From contig CAYFNC010000006.1 in assembly GCA_964344345.1 (NCBI GenBank), forward strand, positions 30,894 to 94,893: a stretch of DNA of 64,000 nt, given 5' to 3'. The DNA comes from an uncultured Hyphomicrobiales bacterium. GTDB lineage: Bacteria > Pseudomonadota > Alphaproteobacteria > Rhodospirillales > CAYFNC01. Shown piece by piece: positions 1 through 8,391 of the stretch; the stretch's first letter is position 1, and the number at the start of each line of letters is the position of its first letter. A program made the translations under genes and the position numbers. The notes below the pieces were generated by a model, which was not told the DNA's origin, searched no databases, and saw only the letters and a list, made by a program, of their open reading frames with translations.

Positions 1-1
1 G

Positions 2-1069
2 GAAGATGCGGTTGGGCCGATGACGTTGGAGGAGTTCCGCCGTTCGATCGACTTCATCGCGGAAGGCGTGTTGCCGGCGATGGGCCTCGGCATGGGAGGG
101 GGGCATGTGTCGATCCAGTACGTGGGCGGCGAGATCCTGACCGTGCCGCGGGACCTGCTCGAGAATTGCGTGCTTTACGCGCGGGAGCGCCTAGCGCGGT
201 TGTTCGAACAGGTCACCGACGGGGCTCAGACCAATATGCTGGGGACGGCATGCCGGGTGTTGGCGCTCCATGATCTGTTCGGCGAACGCATCGGCATCTC
301 GGTCGATAGCTTCGGGACGCAGAGGCGGCTGGCCGGCTCGCCGCGCTCCTATCGCAAGCTGTTGGAGACGGGCCGCCGCGAGGCGCTGCACCGCCGGGGT
401 TTTTCTCCGCCGGCCGTGTTCGTGGTGGACGGGGAAGGCCTGTTCCATGCCTTCGACGAAGTGGAACGGGCGGAACGCCTGGGCCACGACCTGACCCTGC
501 GACCCGTTTTCAAAGGCAGCCGTCATGTCCGCCGGCCGGATGCCGAGAGTATCCGAGCCGTCTACGGCGCCATCTTCGAAGCCTGGGTGATGAACAAACG
601 CATCCTGGTGCAACCGTTCCACCAGCTTCTCTCGGCGCGGCTCGCAACGCACTCCGGCGACGGTGATCTTTTCCGCCACACGGCCGGCTGTCCGTTTCAG
701 TGCGACTGCGCGGCCGCGTCCCTGGACCTGGAGCCGGATGGCGGTCTCTACCTCTGCCTCGACATGGCCGACGCGGACCGGTTCCGGCTCGGCAACGCGC
801 TTCATCGGGAATTCGACCTGGACACCTGGAAGGTGTTGGCGCGGCGGCGGGGGCGGCTGGACGCGCGTTGCCGTTCGTGCCGGTGGCTGGCGGAATGCCG
901 GGGGGGCTGCATGAGCGAGGGGCTCGCGCATTCAGGTGATATCTACGGCGTCACCGACCTCTGCCCGGTATGGGAGGATCTGTTCCGCCGCTTCGACCAG
1001 ACGATCGACACAAACGGGCTCGATGCCGTGCGCGCCTGGACGGAAGGGGCCGGCCGTGCGGCGGCCTGA
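2..1069 (+). CDS. radical SAM/SPASM-domain protein, 5' end cut by window edge (array member R1)
   Basis: Frame is open back to nt 2. GGE-type SAM-binding motif IQYVGGEILTV. Full SPASM Cys pattern: CDCAAASLDLEPDGGLYLC, CRSCRWLAECRGGC, LCPVW. The CxxxCxxC triad is presumably upstream of the window. Confidence 0.8.
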   Translation, partial: EDAVGPMTLEEFRRSIDFIAEGVLPAMGLGMGGGHVSIQYVGGEILTVPRDLLENCVLYARERLARLFEQVTDGAQTNMLGTACRVLALHDLFGERIGISVDSFGTQRRLAGSPRSYRKLLETGRREALHRRGFSPPAVFVVDGEGLFHAFDEVERAERLGHDLTLRPVFKGSRHVRRPDAESIRAVYGAIFEAWVMNKRILVQPFHQLLSARLATHSGDGDLFRHTAGCPFQCDCAAASLDLEPDGGLYLCLDMADADRFRLGNALHREFDLDTWKVLARRRGRLDARCRSCRWLAECRGGCMSEGLAHSGDIYGVTDLCPVWEDLFRRFDQTIDTNGLDAVRAWTEGAGRAAA

Positions 1070-1955
1070 GCCCGTGAGGCCTCCGAGCCTGCTGTTCGCG
1101 CCCTGGGAACGCAAGCGGCTCGCCACCGGCGGTGAGGCGCCTTCGTCCGGGATCGGGCGGGTGCTGTTCGCCGTGGACACCGGCGTCATCTCCTTCCTCG
1201 GGTTTCGGTGGCTTCCCTGGCCGCGTCACCAGGGCCATGCGGTCGCGGTCGCCATCCTCGGTGCCAATCCCGTGCTCAACGGTCTCGCGGCGTATTCCGC
1301 CGCCACGGCCGGGGCGTCGGTGGTGCTGTGTCCGGTACGGGCAATGGATTTCTGGGATTACGCACTGCTGGGTCACAGGGCCTTCCGGAGGGTGGTCGAG
1401 GGCCTGCTCGGCACCCGGTTCGGGGAAGGTCCCCATCCCTTCCTGCCGGCGCTCCGCGATCCCCTGACGGCCTGGATCGACGGGCTCTTCGCACACCTGG
1501 GACGCGGCATCGCCATGGCCGGCGCCGACAAGGTCACGCGGATGCCGGGATCGTTCTCTTACGTCCTCGGTGAGCGCACCTCGGCACGCGAGGCGATGGT
1601 CTACGTCCATCCCGGCGAGGGGAACGGCGTTCCCGTGGACGGCCGGCAGGTCGCCTGTGAGCGGGCCTTCTCGTCGGGAATCTCGAGGGTCTTGCCGGCA
1701 CTGGACCTGTGGCCCCATCGCGACACAATCACCTGCCTGTTCGCCGAACGGATCGTCCTGACCTCGTCGCTGCCGGGGTTCACGGGATCAGTTCCGGTGG
1801 AGGGCCACGACGGCGAGGTGCGACTCGCCTACGGCCATTCGCATCTGGTGGCGCTGGGAACGGCCGCACGCCGGCCGGCGACACACGAACACGCCTTGGA
1901 GCGTGCCGTCGGGGATGTGGTCCGCGCGGCCCGGATCATGGAGGCGGACCCATGA
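1056..1955 (+). CDS. hypothetical protein (H1), no recognisable motif
   Basis: Long ORF in frame with 936..1955. I chose GTG 1056 (GAAGGGG 6 nt upstream), which overlaps the R1 stop; GTG 1074 is an alternative. The stop overlaps the R2 start (ATGA at 1952). Confidence 0.5.
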   Translation: MRRPEPVRPPSLLFAPWERKRLATGGEAPSSGIGRVLFAVDTGVISFLGFRWLPWPRHQGHAVAVAILGANPVLNGLAAYSAATAGASVVLCPVRAMDFWDYALLGHRAFRRVVEGLLGTRFGEGPHPFLPALRDPLTAWIDGLFAHLGRGIAMAGADKVTRMPGSFSYVLGERTSAREAMVYVHPGEGNGVPVDGRQVACERAFSSGISRVLPALDLWPHRDTITCLFAERIVLTSSLPGFTGSVPVEGHDGEVRLAYGHSHLVALGTAARRPATHEHALERAVGDVVRAARIMEADP

Positions 1956-3034
1956 GTTGGCTCTACCAGATCAACCTGACCCGGCGCTGCAACCTCCGCT
2001 GCGCCCATTGCTACATCGAGACCGGCGTGCGCAAGGCGGGCGGAACCATGACCCGCGAAGACTTTCTCCGTGTGATCCGGGGCATCGCGGGACATATCGA
2101 CGGCCGTGGCCGCGCCGACATCCATGTTACCGGCGGCGAGCCGACGCTGCTCGGGGCGGGGTTCTTCGCGGACGTGATGCCCGGGGCACGGGCGATCCTG
2201 GAAGGCATCGACCATACCTTCACCCTGGTGACCAATCTTCTGAGCCCGGACGCGCTGGAGATCGGGAGGCATTTCGACCGCGTGGCCACCGCCTGGGAGC
2301 CGGTGACCCGGTTCCCGACGTCGGAGAGCGAGGCGCGATGGCGGCGGAATCTCCGAAGTCTTCTTGGTACCGGGATCGAGGTCGGCGTGACCACGGCGAT
2401 CACCCGGCCGGTCGTCGAGTTGGGAGCGCAAGCGGTGCTGGACCGGCTCGCGGGCGAGGGAATCAAAAGGGTCCATCTCGGTTTCTTCGTGCCCAAGGGC
2501 GATGGGCTTGCCAACCGGCAAGACGTGTTCCCGCGCCTGGAGGAAACCTCGGCGTTCCTGATCGAGGCGGCGCGCTGGACATTCGAGCGTCGCGACGGTG
2601 ATCCCGGACTCCGGGTCGAGCCGGTGGAGGGCATGCTGGCCGCCGTGGCGGGAGACGGCCCCGGCAGCCTCGTCTGCCCCGTCGTTTCCGGGGCCATGGA
2701 CATCGACTGGGACGGCAACACGGGGGCGTGCGTCGCCACCGGCGGCACTCACGATGCCGACTGGCTCGGTAACGTGTTGGAGACCTCGGTGGCGGAGGTG
2801 GCGAATTCGGCCTCGTTCCGGCGCAGGGCGGCCGAAGCATGTGTCCCCAAGAAATCCTGCATCGGCTGCGAGGATTATCCCTTCTGCCGGGCCGGGTGCG
2901 GGGTCCTGTTCCGCCACTGGGAGGGCAATGGCGAGTGTCCCGGTTTCCGCCGTTTCATCCGCTTCATGCGCGAGGCCCATGCCGCGGGTGTCCGCCCGCG
3001 AAACCAGGACCACCATCGAAGGGAGGCCTGCTGA
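1952..3034 (+). CDS. radical SAM/SPASM-domain protein (R2)
   Basis: N-terminus MSWLYQINLTRRCNLRCAHCY (CxxxCxxC). GGE motif HVTGGEPTLLG. SPASM tail CPVVSGAMDIDWDGNTGAC, CIGCEDYPFCRAGC, ECPGF. ATG 1952 overlaps the H1 stop. Confidence 0.85.
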   Translation: MSWLYQINLTRRCNLRCAHCYIETGVRKAGGTMTREDFLRVIRGIAGHIDGRGRADIHVTGGEPTLLGAGFFADVMPGARAILEGIDHTFTLVTNLLSPDALEIGRHFDRVATAWEPVTRFPTSESEARWRRNLRSLLGTGIEVGVTTAITRPVVELGAQAVLDRLAGEGIKRVHLGFFVPKGDGLANRQDVFPRLEETSAFLIEAARWTFERRDGDPGLRVEPVEGMLAAVAGDGPGSLVCPVVSGAMDIDWDGNTGACVATGGTHDADWLGNVLETSVAEVANSASFRRRAAEACVPKKSCIGCEDYPFCRAGCGVLFRHWEGNGECPGFRRFIRFMREAHAAGVRPRNQDHHRREAC

Positions 3035-4194
3035 TGTCGTCCGAGCTTCAGGTCGAGATCGACGACGTCTACGCCTGCCGGGGCAGTTGCCCGGGCTGCG
3101 TGCTGCTGCCGATTGAGCGGCGCGTAAGGCGCCCGGACATGGACGGGGCGACGCTGGAACTGACCATGACCCGGCTCGCCGACTACGTGGCGACGCTGGA
3201 AGGCCTCGATAGCGTGAACATCCTTTTCGGCATCGCCGACCATCTGCTGATGGAGGAAGGCTACGTCCGCCACATCATCCATTCGGCGGCCGGAGTGATC
3301 CGGGACATGAGCCTTGCGGGCTCGGTGTTCCTCACCACCTCGCTGGTGGGCGAGGCAAGCGAGGTACGGCGGCGCCTCGAGCGGCTGGCCGTCATGGGGG
3401 ACGATGTCCCCCTGGTACCGGCGGTGGTCCTCGATCCGACACGGCTGGCCGCGAAAAGGTCGGGCGAAGCCTACGCCGCCAACATCCGGGCGGCCCGCGA
3501 GCTGTTCGGCCGGGTCGACCTCACCGTGACGCTGGGCACCGAAGCGGTCCGGCAGCTGAAGCCGAGGGGTCTGCACGACTTTGCGGCGAATGCCGGCATC
3601 GGGGACGTCACCCTCAACTGGACCCCGACGACGGCCAACCGGTACCACACTTGCGGCGACATGACGGCCCTCGCCGCTTGGTTGGTAGAGTTCGACGACC
3701 GCGTAACGGCGCAAATGAATATAAGGTGTGGCTTGCGGCCGGTGATTGTGCGCACGATCCGCGCGGTGACGGAGGCGTTCGGAAGGCCGGACTCCTGGAA
3801 CGTCGCCGACGTGGCCGAGAGCTTCCTTTCGAAAACCGTCTCCAAGTCGATCCAGATCGACCACGAGGGCCATCTGTTGGCCAAATTCGAAGCCGTGGGC
3901 GACGTCGCCCACGGCGAGCGCTTCGGCTACCGCCCGCTCGGGAACCTCCGGGAAGGCTCAATCGCGGACCTGATCGCCGACGGTATGCCCGTGCTGAAAC
4001 GTCGCGTCATTGCCGCCCACGCCTGCAACCGGGCCTGCAACGAGTGCGGTTTTACCGGCTTCTGCGCCGCGACCGGCTTCCACGTCTACAACCACTTGCT
4101 CGGATGTGCAGATGGGGACGGTGGCTGTCCCCATGTGGCACGGACGCTTTGGGAACACTTTGCCGAGGAGGCGGGCGATGCGGGCCCCCAATGA
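3034..4194 (+). CDS. divergent radical SAM-like protein (R3)
   Basis: N-terminus MSSELQVEIDDVYACRGSCPGCV (CxxxCxxC). GGGAGG 8 nt upstream of the ATG. C-terminal Cys cluster CNRACNECGFTGFC ... GCADGDGGCP. No GGE motif (NILFGIADHLL in its place). Confidence 0.75.
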   Translation: MSSELQVEIDDVYACRGSCPGCVLLPIERRVRRPDMDGATLELTMTRLADYVATLEGLDSVNILFGIADHLLMEEGYVRHIIHSAAGVIRDMSLAGSVFLTTSLVGEASEVRRRLERLAVMGDDVPLVPAVVLDPTRLAAKRSGEAYAANIRAARELFGRVDLTVTLGTEAVRQLKPRGLHDFAANAGIGDVTLNWTPTTANRYHTCGDMTALAAWLVEFDDRVTAQMNIRCGLRPVIVRTIRAVTEAFGRPDSWNVADVAESFLSKTVSKSIQIDHEGHLLAKFEAVGDVAHGERFGYRPLGNLREGSIADLIADGMPVLKRRVIAAHACNRACNECGFTGFCAATGFHVYNHLLGCADGDGGCPHVARTLWEHFAEEAGDAGPQ

Positions 4195-4978
4195 CACGGC
4201 GAGAGGCTACATCCGTGCGTTGCTCGGCGGATCCCGCCGCAGGGCCGCCACATTCCTTTCGCCCGGGTTCGGGCGGCACGGTGGGCGGGACGCAGATGCC
4301 CACTTATCCCACGAGTTGGCCGAGTTCGCCCGCCTCGGTGCCGCTTATCACTTGGAAAAGAGTTACGAGATCGTGACTCGGGCTACGGACGGGGACGGGA
4401 TCGCCTGCTGCCTTCTGGATGCGCGGGGACGGCTGGTCTGCGAAGACACGGTCCACTTCGGTCCGGACGGCTTGGTTCGCGGTGACCAGTCGCCGTTCGA
4501 GACGGTTCCCAAGCTGGTGTTCGACGGAGAGCCAAGTCGGGCCGTGGCGCTCCGCGCACCCGGCCGCGTGCTCCGCAGGGTCGTGCCGATGGGCGTACGT
4601 GCCACCGATGTGAGCTTCGGCCGGGAACCGGGACCCGACAGCTTCCACACCTGCCGGTTCCGCATCGAGAAAGACGTCCTCCGCGGGCACCGCATCGGCT
4701 TCAGGGTCCATTGCCAGGCCGGAGTCGAAGGCCTCGACGTCTTCATGCCGGGCCGCGACCATCCCTTCTTCGTCGACGGGCTGTTTCCGGAGCTCAAAGG
4801 CAGCCGGGTCGGCGTGCCAAAGGAACGCGCGAACTTCTGGCTCCTGGAGGTGACGACGACAGACGGGCGGACCCGCCGGGTCTCCCAACCTTGCGCGGAC
4901 GAATACGTGCTCAAAGCACCGGTGAGGCGGGCGGTGCTGACCGACGCGCTGGATCACCAATGGGCGGTGGGACAATGA
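4178..4978 (+). CDS. hypothetical protein (H2), no recognisable motif
   Basis: ATG 4178 preceded by GAGGAGG at 6-nt spacing. Overlaps the R3 stop by 17 nt. Its stop overlaps the R4 ATG (ATGA at 4975). Confidence 0.5.
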   Translation: MRAPNDTARGYIRALLGGSRRRAATFLSPGFGRHGGRDADAHLSHELAEFARLGAAYHLEKSYEIVTRATDGDGIACCLLDARGRLVCEDTVHFGPDGLVRGDQSPFETVPKLVFDGEPSRAVALRAPGRVLRRVVPMGVRATDVSFGREPGPDSFHTCRFRIEKDVLRGHRIGFRVHCQAGVEGLDVFMPGRDHPFFVDGLFPELKGSRVGVPKERANFWLLEVTTTDGRTRRVSQPCADEYVLKAPVRRAVLTDALDHQWAVGQ

Positions 4979-6018
4979 TGCCGTTGGAAGATGTCACCGT
5001 CGAGGTGTTCAGTCACTGCGCCGGCTCCTGCACCGGCTGCCTGATCACCGCCGGCGAGCGGCGCCAAGTGGTCCCGGTGATGAGCCCGGCCGCGTTCGGT
5101 CGCGCCATGGATTGTGTTTCCGTCCAAGGGCAAAAGATCGGCGTCGAATACCGGGCCATTCTCGGGCCGGGCGACCTCGGCCGCCTTCCTTCGGAGATCT
5201 TGCGTCCCTATGTCGTGTCGGCCACGGGACGGGGCATCCGGCTCGGCGTCACCCTGACGCTGGCGGCCGACGACGAGGACCGCTACCGCCGCGCCCTCGA
5301 CATGCTTCTGGAAAGTGATCCCGGGACGGTGCTCGACATCACCGTCGATCCCCTGCGTCTGGAACGGGACGCGGGCTACGGCACGCGGCTGCGGACGGCG
5401 ATTAACTCTGGCGCCAGGGTCTATCTGACGGTGCTCCTGAGCCGCGCTGTCATGGACCGCTTCACGCCCGAGGTGTTGGCCGGGCTCTGCGCGACGAAGC
5501 TGGACGGCCATCCGGTGACGTTGGGGTTTACGCCGACGTTGGAGAACATCGAACGGGCCAACTACCGCTATTCGGTAATTGGGGCCGCCGGCTACGCCCG
5601 CGCCTTCCACGCGGCGGTCCCGGCCTTCGCCGCCCGCCTGGAAAAGGATCTGGAGCGGTTCCGGGCGGAGGGGAGTTTCCTGGACTTCCTGAGCCAACGC
5701 TTCCACATCGGCCCCGGCCTCGAGGTCTATCCGGTGGCCTACACGGCCTTCGGCGAGGTTACCCTGGACCGGCGCAACGGCGGCACGGCGCTGGGGTCGC
5801 TCCACCAATGGAGCCTTGCCGAGTGCGTCGATGGCGACGCGGCACAGCATCTCTCGGCGCTCAACGCCGCCTGGCTGGACCGGGGCGGGTTCGGATGCGA
5901 AGGCTGCGAATTCCGGCGCGGCTGCCTGTTCAACGGCATCGGCCTGGTACGCCGGCTCTACCGGGGCCACGAAGCAAAGACCGGATCGTGCTACGGGCCG
6001 AAGGGATTGCTCCAATGA
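4975..6018 (+). CDS. divergent radical SAM-like protein (R4)
   Basis: N-terminus MMPLEDVTVEVFSHCAGSCTGCL (CxxxCxxC). C-terminal CEGCEFRRGC ... SCYG. GPGD in place of GGE. Shares the motif PVTLGFTPT with R3 and R5. Confidence 0.75.
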   Translation: MMPLEDVTVEVFSHCAGSCTGCLITAGERRQVVPVMSPAAFGRAMDCVSVQGQKIGVEYRAILGPGDLGRLPSEILRPYVVSATGRGIRLGVTLTLAADDEDRYRRALDMLLESDPGTVLDITVDPLRLERDAGYGTRLRTAINSGARVYLTVLLSRAVMDRFTPEVLAGLCATKLDGHPVTLGFTPTLENIERANYRYSVIGAAGYARAFHAAVPAFAARLEKDLERFRAEGSFLDFLSQRFHIGPGLEVYPVAYTAFGEVTLDRRNGGTALGSLHQWSLAECVDGDAAQHLSALNAAWLDRGGFGCEGCEFRRGCLFNGIGLVRRLYRGHEAKTGSCYGPKGLLQ

Positions 6019-7106
6019 GACAAACCCTGATCGTCAACCTGGACTACTGTGCGTCTTGCAGGGGGAATTGCCCCTCCTGTGTATTGGGCCGGGACGAGAG
6101 GGCGGACGTCCGGTCGCTCCTCGGGCCGGGGCGGGTGGACCGGGCACTCGCCGGGATCGTCGCCCTTCATTCGGCGGTGGGAACGCTGGTGCTGGGCGTC
6201 GGCCGTGGCGATACGCTGGCACTGCCAGAGGACAGCGTCCGTGATCTCGTCGCCTTTGCGCGATCGGCGGAGCGGCGGTTCGGGTTCCATGCGGGGCTGA
6301 TGGAGATATCCACCTCGCTGATGGGCCGGGCGGGGGCGCACCTGACCCGCGCCGGCGCCATCGTCGAGGCTTTCTGGGCGCGGGGATTGCGCCTCGATCC
6401 CCGGTTCGTGGTGGTCGCCGATACGGCCCTGACGTCGCCGACGTACTGGCGCGGCATCGATACCTTCCTTCGCACCCTGGAAGCCACCCGGGGCGGCGAC
6501 GACGGAGCGGGCGACATCCTGGTCGTCAATCTGAGCGCTGGCCACCTTCCCGACCTCGATCGTCTCGCCGATCGCGTCGGCGGCTACCGCTTCCCGGTCA
6601 ACGTCACCTGGACACCGGCCTTCGATCCGGCCCTGAGGAGCGTCGACGGCGTGGATGCGCTCGGGCGATGGCTGGCCGGGTTCTACCGATTGGGGCGTCG
6701 ACTCGGACTCGACAGCAATCTGCTGACCCGCGCCGACCTGGCCATGCAAGCCCACGACTTGGAGCCGGGCACGCTCGCCGATCACATTGCCGCGAACGGC
6801 GCGGCCATGGTGTTCGTCGACCGCGACGGCGCCTGTCACGGGGGCTATGCCTCGGTGAGCGCCGACATGGACCCAGTGCGCTTCGACCCCGCCGGAGAGG
6901 TGGTATCGGCCATGGCGGCGGAGCCCGGGACCGACCTCGCCCGGCTGATGCGCCATCCCGCGTGCCGGGGCTGCGCATTTCTCGGCGCCTGCGTGGCGTC
7001 GGGCGCCCACAAGGCGGCGCTCATGACCCTGAGGAACCTGCCCCCGGGCGCCCGTGTCTGCCCGTCGGCGATGCGGGGCGTGTTCGAGGAGGCGGCCCAT
7101 GGCTGA
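6015..7106 (+). CDS. divergent radical SAM-like protein (R5)
   Basis: N-terminus MRQTLIVNLDYCASCRGNCPSCV. C-terminal CRGCAFLGAC ... VCPS. ATGA overlap with R4. Confidence 0.75.
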   Translation: MRQTLIVNLDYCASCRGNCPSCVLGRDERADVRSLLGPGRVDRALAGIVALHSAVGTLVLGVGRGDTLALPEDSVRDLVAFARSAERRFGFHAGLMEISTSLMGRAGAHLTRAGAIVEAFWARGLRLDPRFVVVADTALTSPTYWRGIDTFLRTLEATRGGDDGAGDILVVNLSAGHLPDLDRLADRVGGYRFPVNVTWTPAFDPALRSVDGVDALGRWLAGFYRLGRRLGLDSNLLTRADLAMQAHDLEPGTLADHIAANGAAMVFVDRDGACHGGYASVSADMDPVRFDPAGEVVSAMAAEPGTDLARLMRHPACRGCAFLGACVASGAHKAALMTLRNLPPGARVCPSAMRGVFEEAAHG

Positions 7107-8391
7107 TGGCCCTTTCGACCGGCGGGGCAGCACGCTGGGCGTGATGGACGACCTGCAGGTGGCCGTGCACACCTACGACGGCTGTCCCCGCGGTTGTCCC
7201 GGCTGCGTGGTCGACCGGGAGTTCAAGAACCGCCGTCGCTTCCGGCCCCTCATTCCGCGCGGGGACATGGCGATCGTCCAGGGCCGCGTCGCCGAGTACT
7301 ACGCCTGGGTGCGGGACACCCTGAACGCCAAGGAGGGTGGCTACTTTGGCCGCGACCGCCACCAGGTGTGCCATTACAGCTTCACCATGCGCTTCGGCAA
7401 CCACGCGGAGCTGCCCCTGGACGATCTGGTCGGGATCGCTGAGAGCCTGGCCGCCGATTTCCGGGTGTTCTCCACCGGCCCGGTCGAGGACCTGGGCGTG
7501 TTCGTGGAATTGAACCGCCGGGTCCCCGGCCGGCTGTTCCTGGAGATCATCTACGACCCCCTGGTCGACCGGGCGGGCGATCTCCGTGCCATGATCGAAG
7601 AGATGCGCCGCCACGGCATCCTCGGCTATCCCGAGGTGCTGCTGACCCGGCGGCTGCTCGCGTCCTACGCCCCGGAACGCTTCGTCGAGGAGCACGTGGC
7701 CCCGCTCGGGGATCTGGGAGCGCAGATGCAGCTCGGCCGTTACGTGCCGTCGATGACCCGGGGGTTTGACAACTCACAGGTGGTGCCGCTGGACCAAGAG
7801 GTGGACTGGCTGGCGGCGGTCGCCAGGGCCATCGTCGCCGGTGGCCACGATGTTCATCCGATCCCGCTCGGCGAATACGCGGTGACGCTCCTGGACGAGT
7901 ACGCGGAGTCCGCCGCCCTCGGGCCCGACGGGCGGATCGACGAGACCCGCTTGCCGCCGCCGGAGCCGTTCGACGCCGCCGCGGTACGGGACAAGGTGCG
8001 CGACATCATGCTCACCAGCCTCTATGTCGACCATAAGCTCGACCTCTACCTCTGGGCCGAGTCCATGGGGCAGCACGTGCTCGACGGCAATCTCGGGTTC
8101 GAGCCGCTGGGCAATATTCGCGACCACGGCATCCGGGACATCCTGACCGGCCCCGGAAACCGCGTCGAACGCCTGCTGTCGGACGTCCTGCGCGACCTCG
8201 TCACCAATCCGAGGTGCGCGCCCTGCCGCTACAAGTCCTTCTGCGCCTCCCACGCCGTGCCGCTGTTCCGCCAAGGCCACGCGGACAACGGTCGGCACTG
8301 CTACGGCTACCTACCGGTGATCCGGGAGTTCCAACGCTCCCCGGCCTTCCTCCAGCGCATGGTCTCCGGGTTCCGGGAGCTTGGGTTCTGA
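7099..8391 (+). CDS. divergent radical SAM-like protein (R6)
   Basis: N-terminal region LQVAVHTYDGCPRGCPGCV. C-terminal CAPCRYKSFC ... HCYG. ATG 7099 preceded by GAGGAGG. 8-nt overlap with the R5 stop. Confidence 0.75.
   Translation: MADGPFDRRGSTLGVMDDLQVAVHTYDGCPRGCPGCVVDREFKNRRRFRPLIPRGDMAIVQGRVAEYYAWVRDTLNAKEGGYFGRDRHQVCHYSFTMRFGNHAELPLDDLVGIAESLAADFRVFSTGPVEDLGVFVELNRRVPGRLFLEIIYDPLVDRAGDLRAMIEEMRRHGILGYPEVLLTRRLLASYAPERFVEEHVAPLGDLGAQMQLGRYVPSMTRGFDNSQVVPLDQEVDWLAAVARAIVAGGHDVHPIPLGEYAVTLLDEYAESAALGPDGRIDETRLPPPEPFDAAAVRDKVRDIMLTSLYVDHKLDLYLWAESMGQHVLDGNLGFEPLGNIRDHGIRDILTGPGNRVERLLSDVLRDLVTNPRCAPCRYKSFCASHAVPLFRQGHADNGRHCYGYLPVIREFQRSPAFLQRMVSGFRELGF

Noticed and set aside
191-931. Long antisense or alternative-frame ORFs throughout the track (for example 191-931 minus, 18365-20137 minus, 29444-31561 plus, 34442-36445 plus, 41950-44376 minus, 58428-60401 minus, 61332-63455 minus)
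   Set aside because: They lie opposite to or overlap genes with clear family motifs. Their translations are Arg/Pro/Gly/Ala-rich low-complexity sequence. This is typical of shadow ORFs in high-GC DNA.
1709-3034. The longest-ORF starts given by the track for the array genes (1709, 2839, 4010, 4711, 5808, 7054, 8214, 9581) and for many other genes
   Set aside because: The upstream extensions overlap the preceding gene for 100-270 nt in another frame and are Arg/Pro-rich. Internal ATGs with Shine-Dalgarno-like sequences give N-termini that start just before the CxxxCxxC motif and produce ATGA/TGATG coupling.
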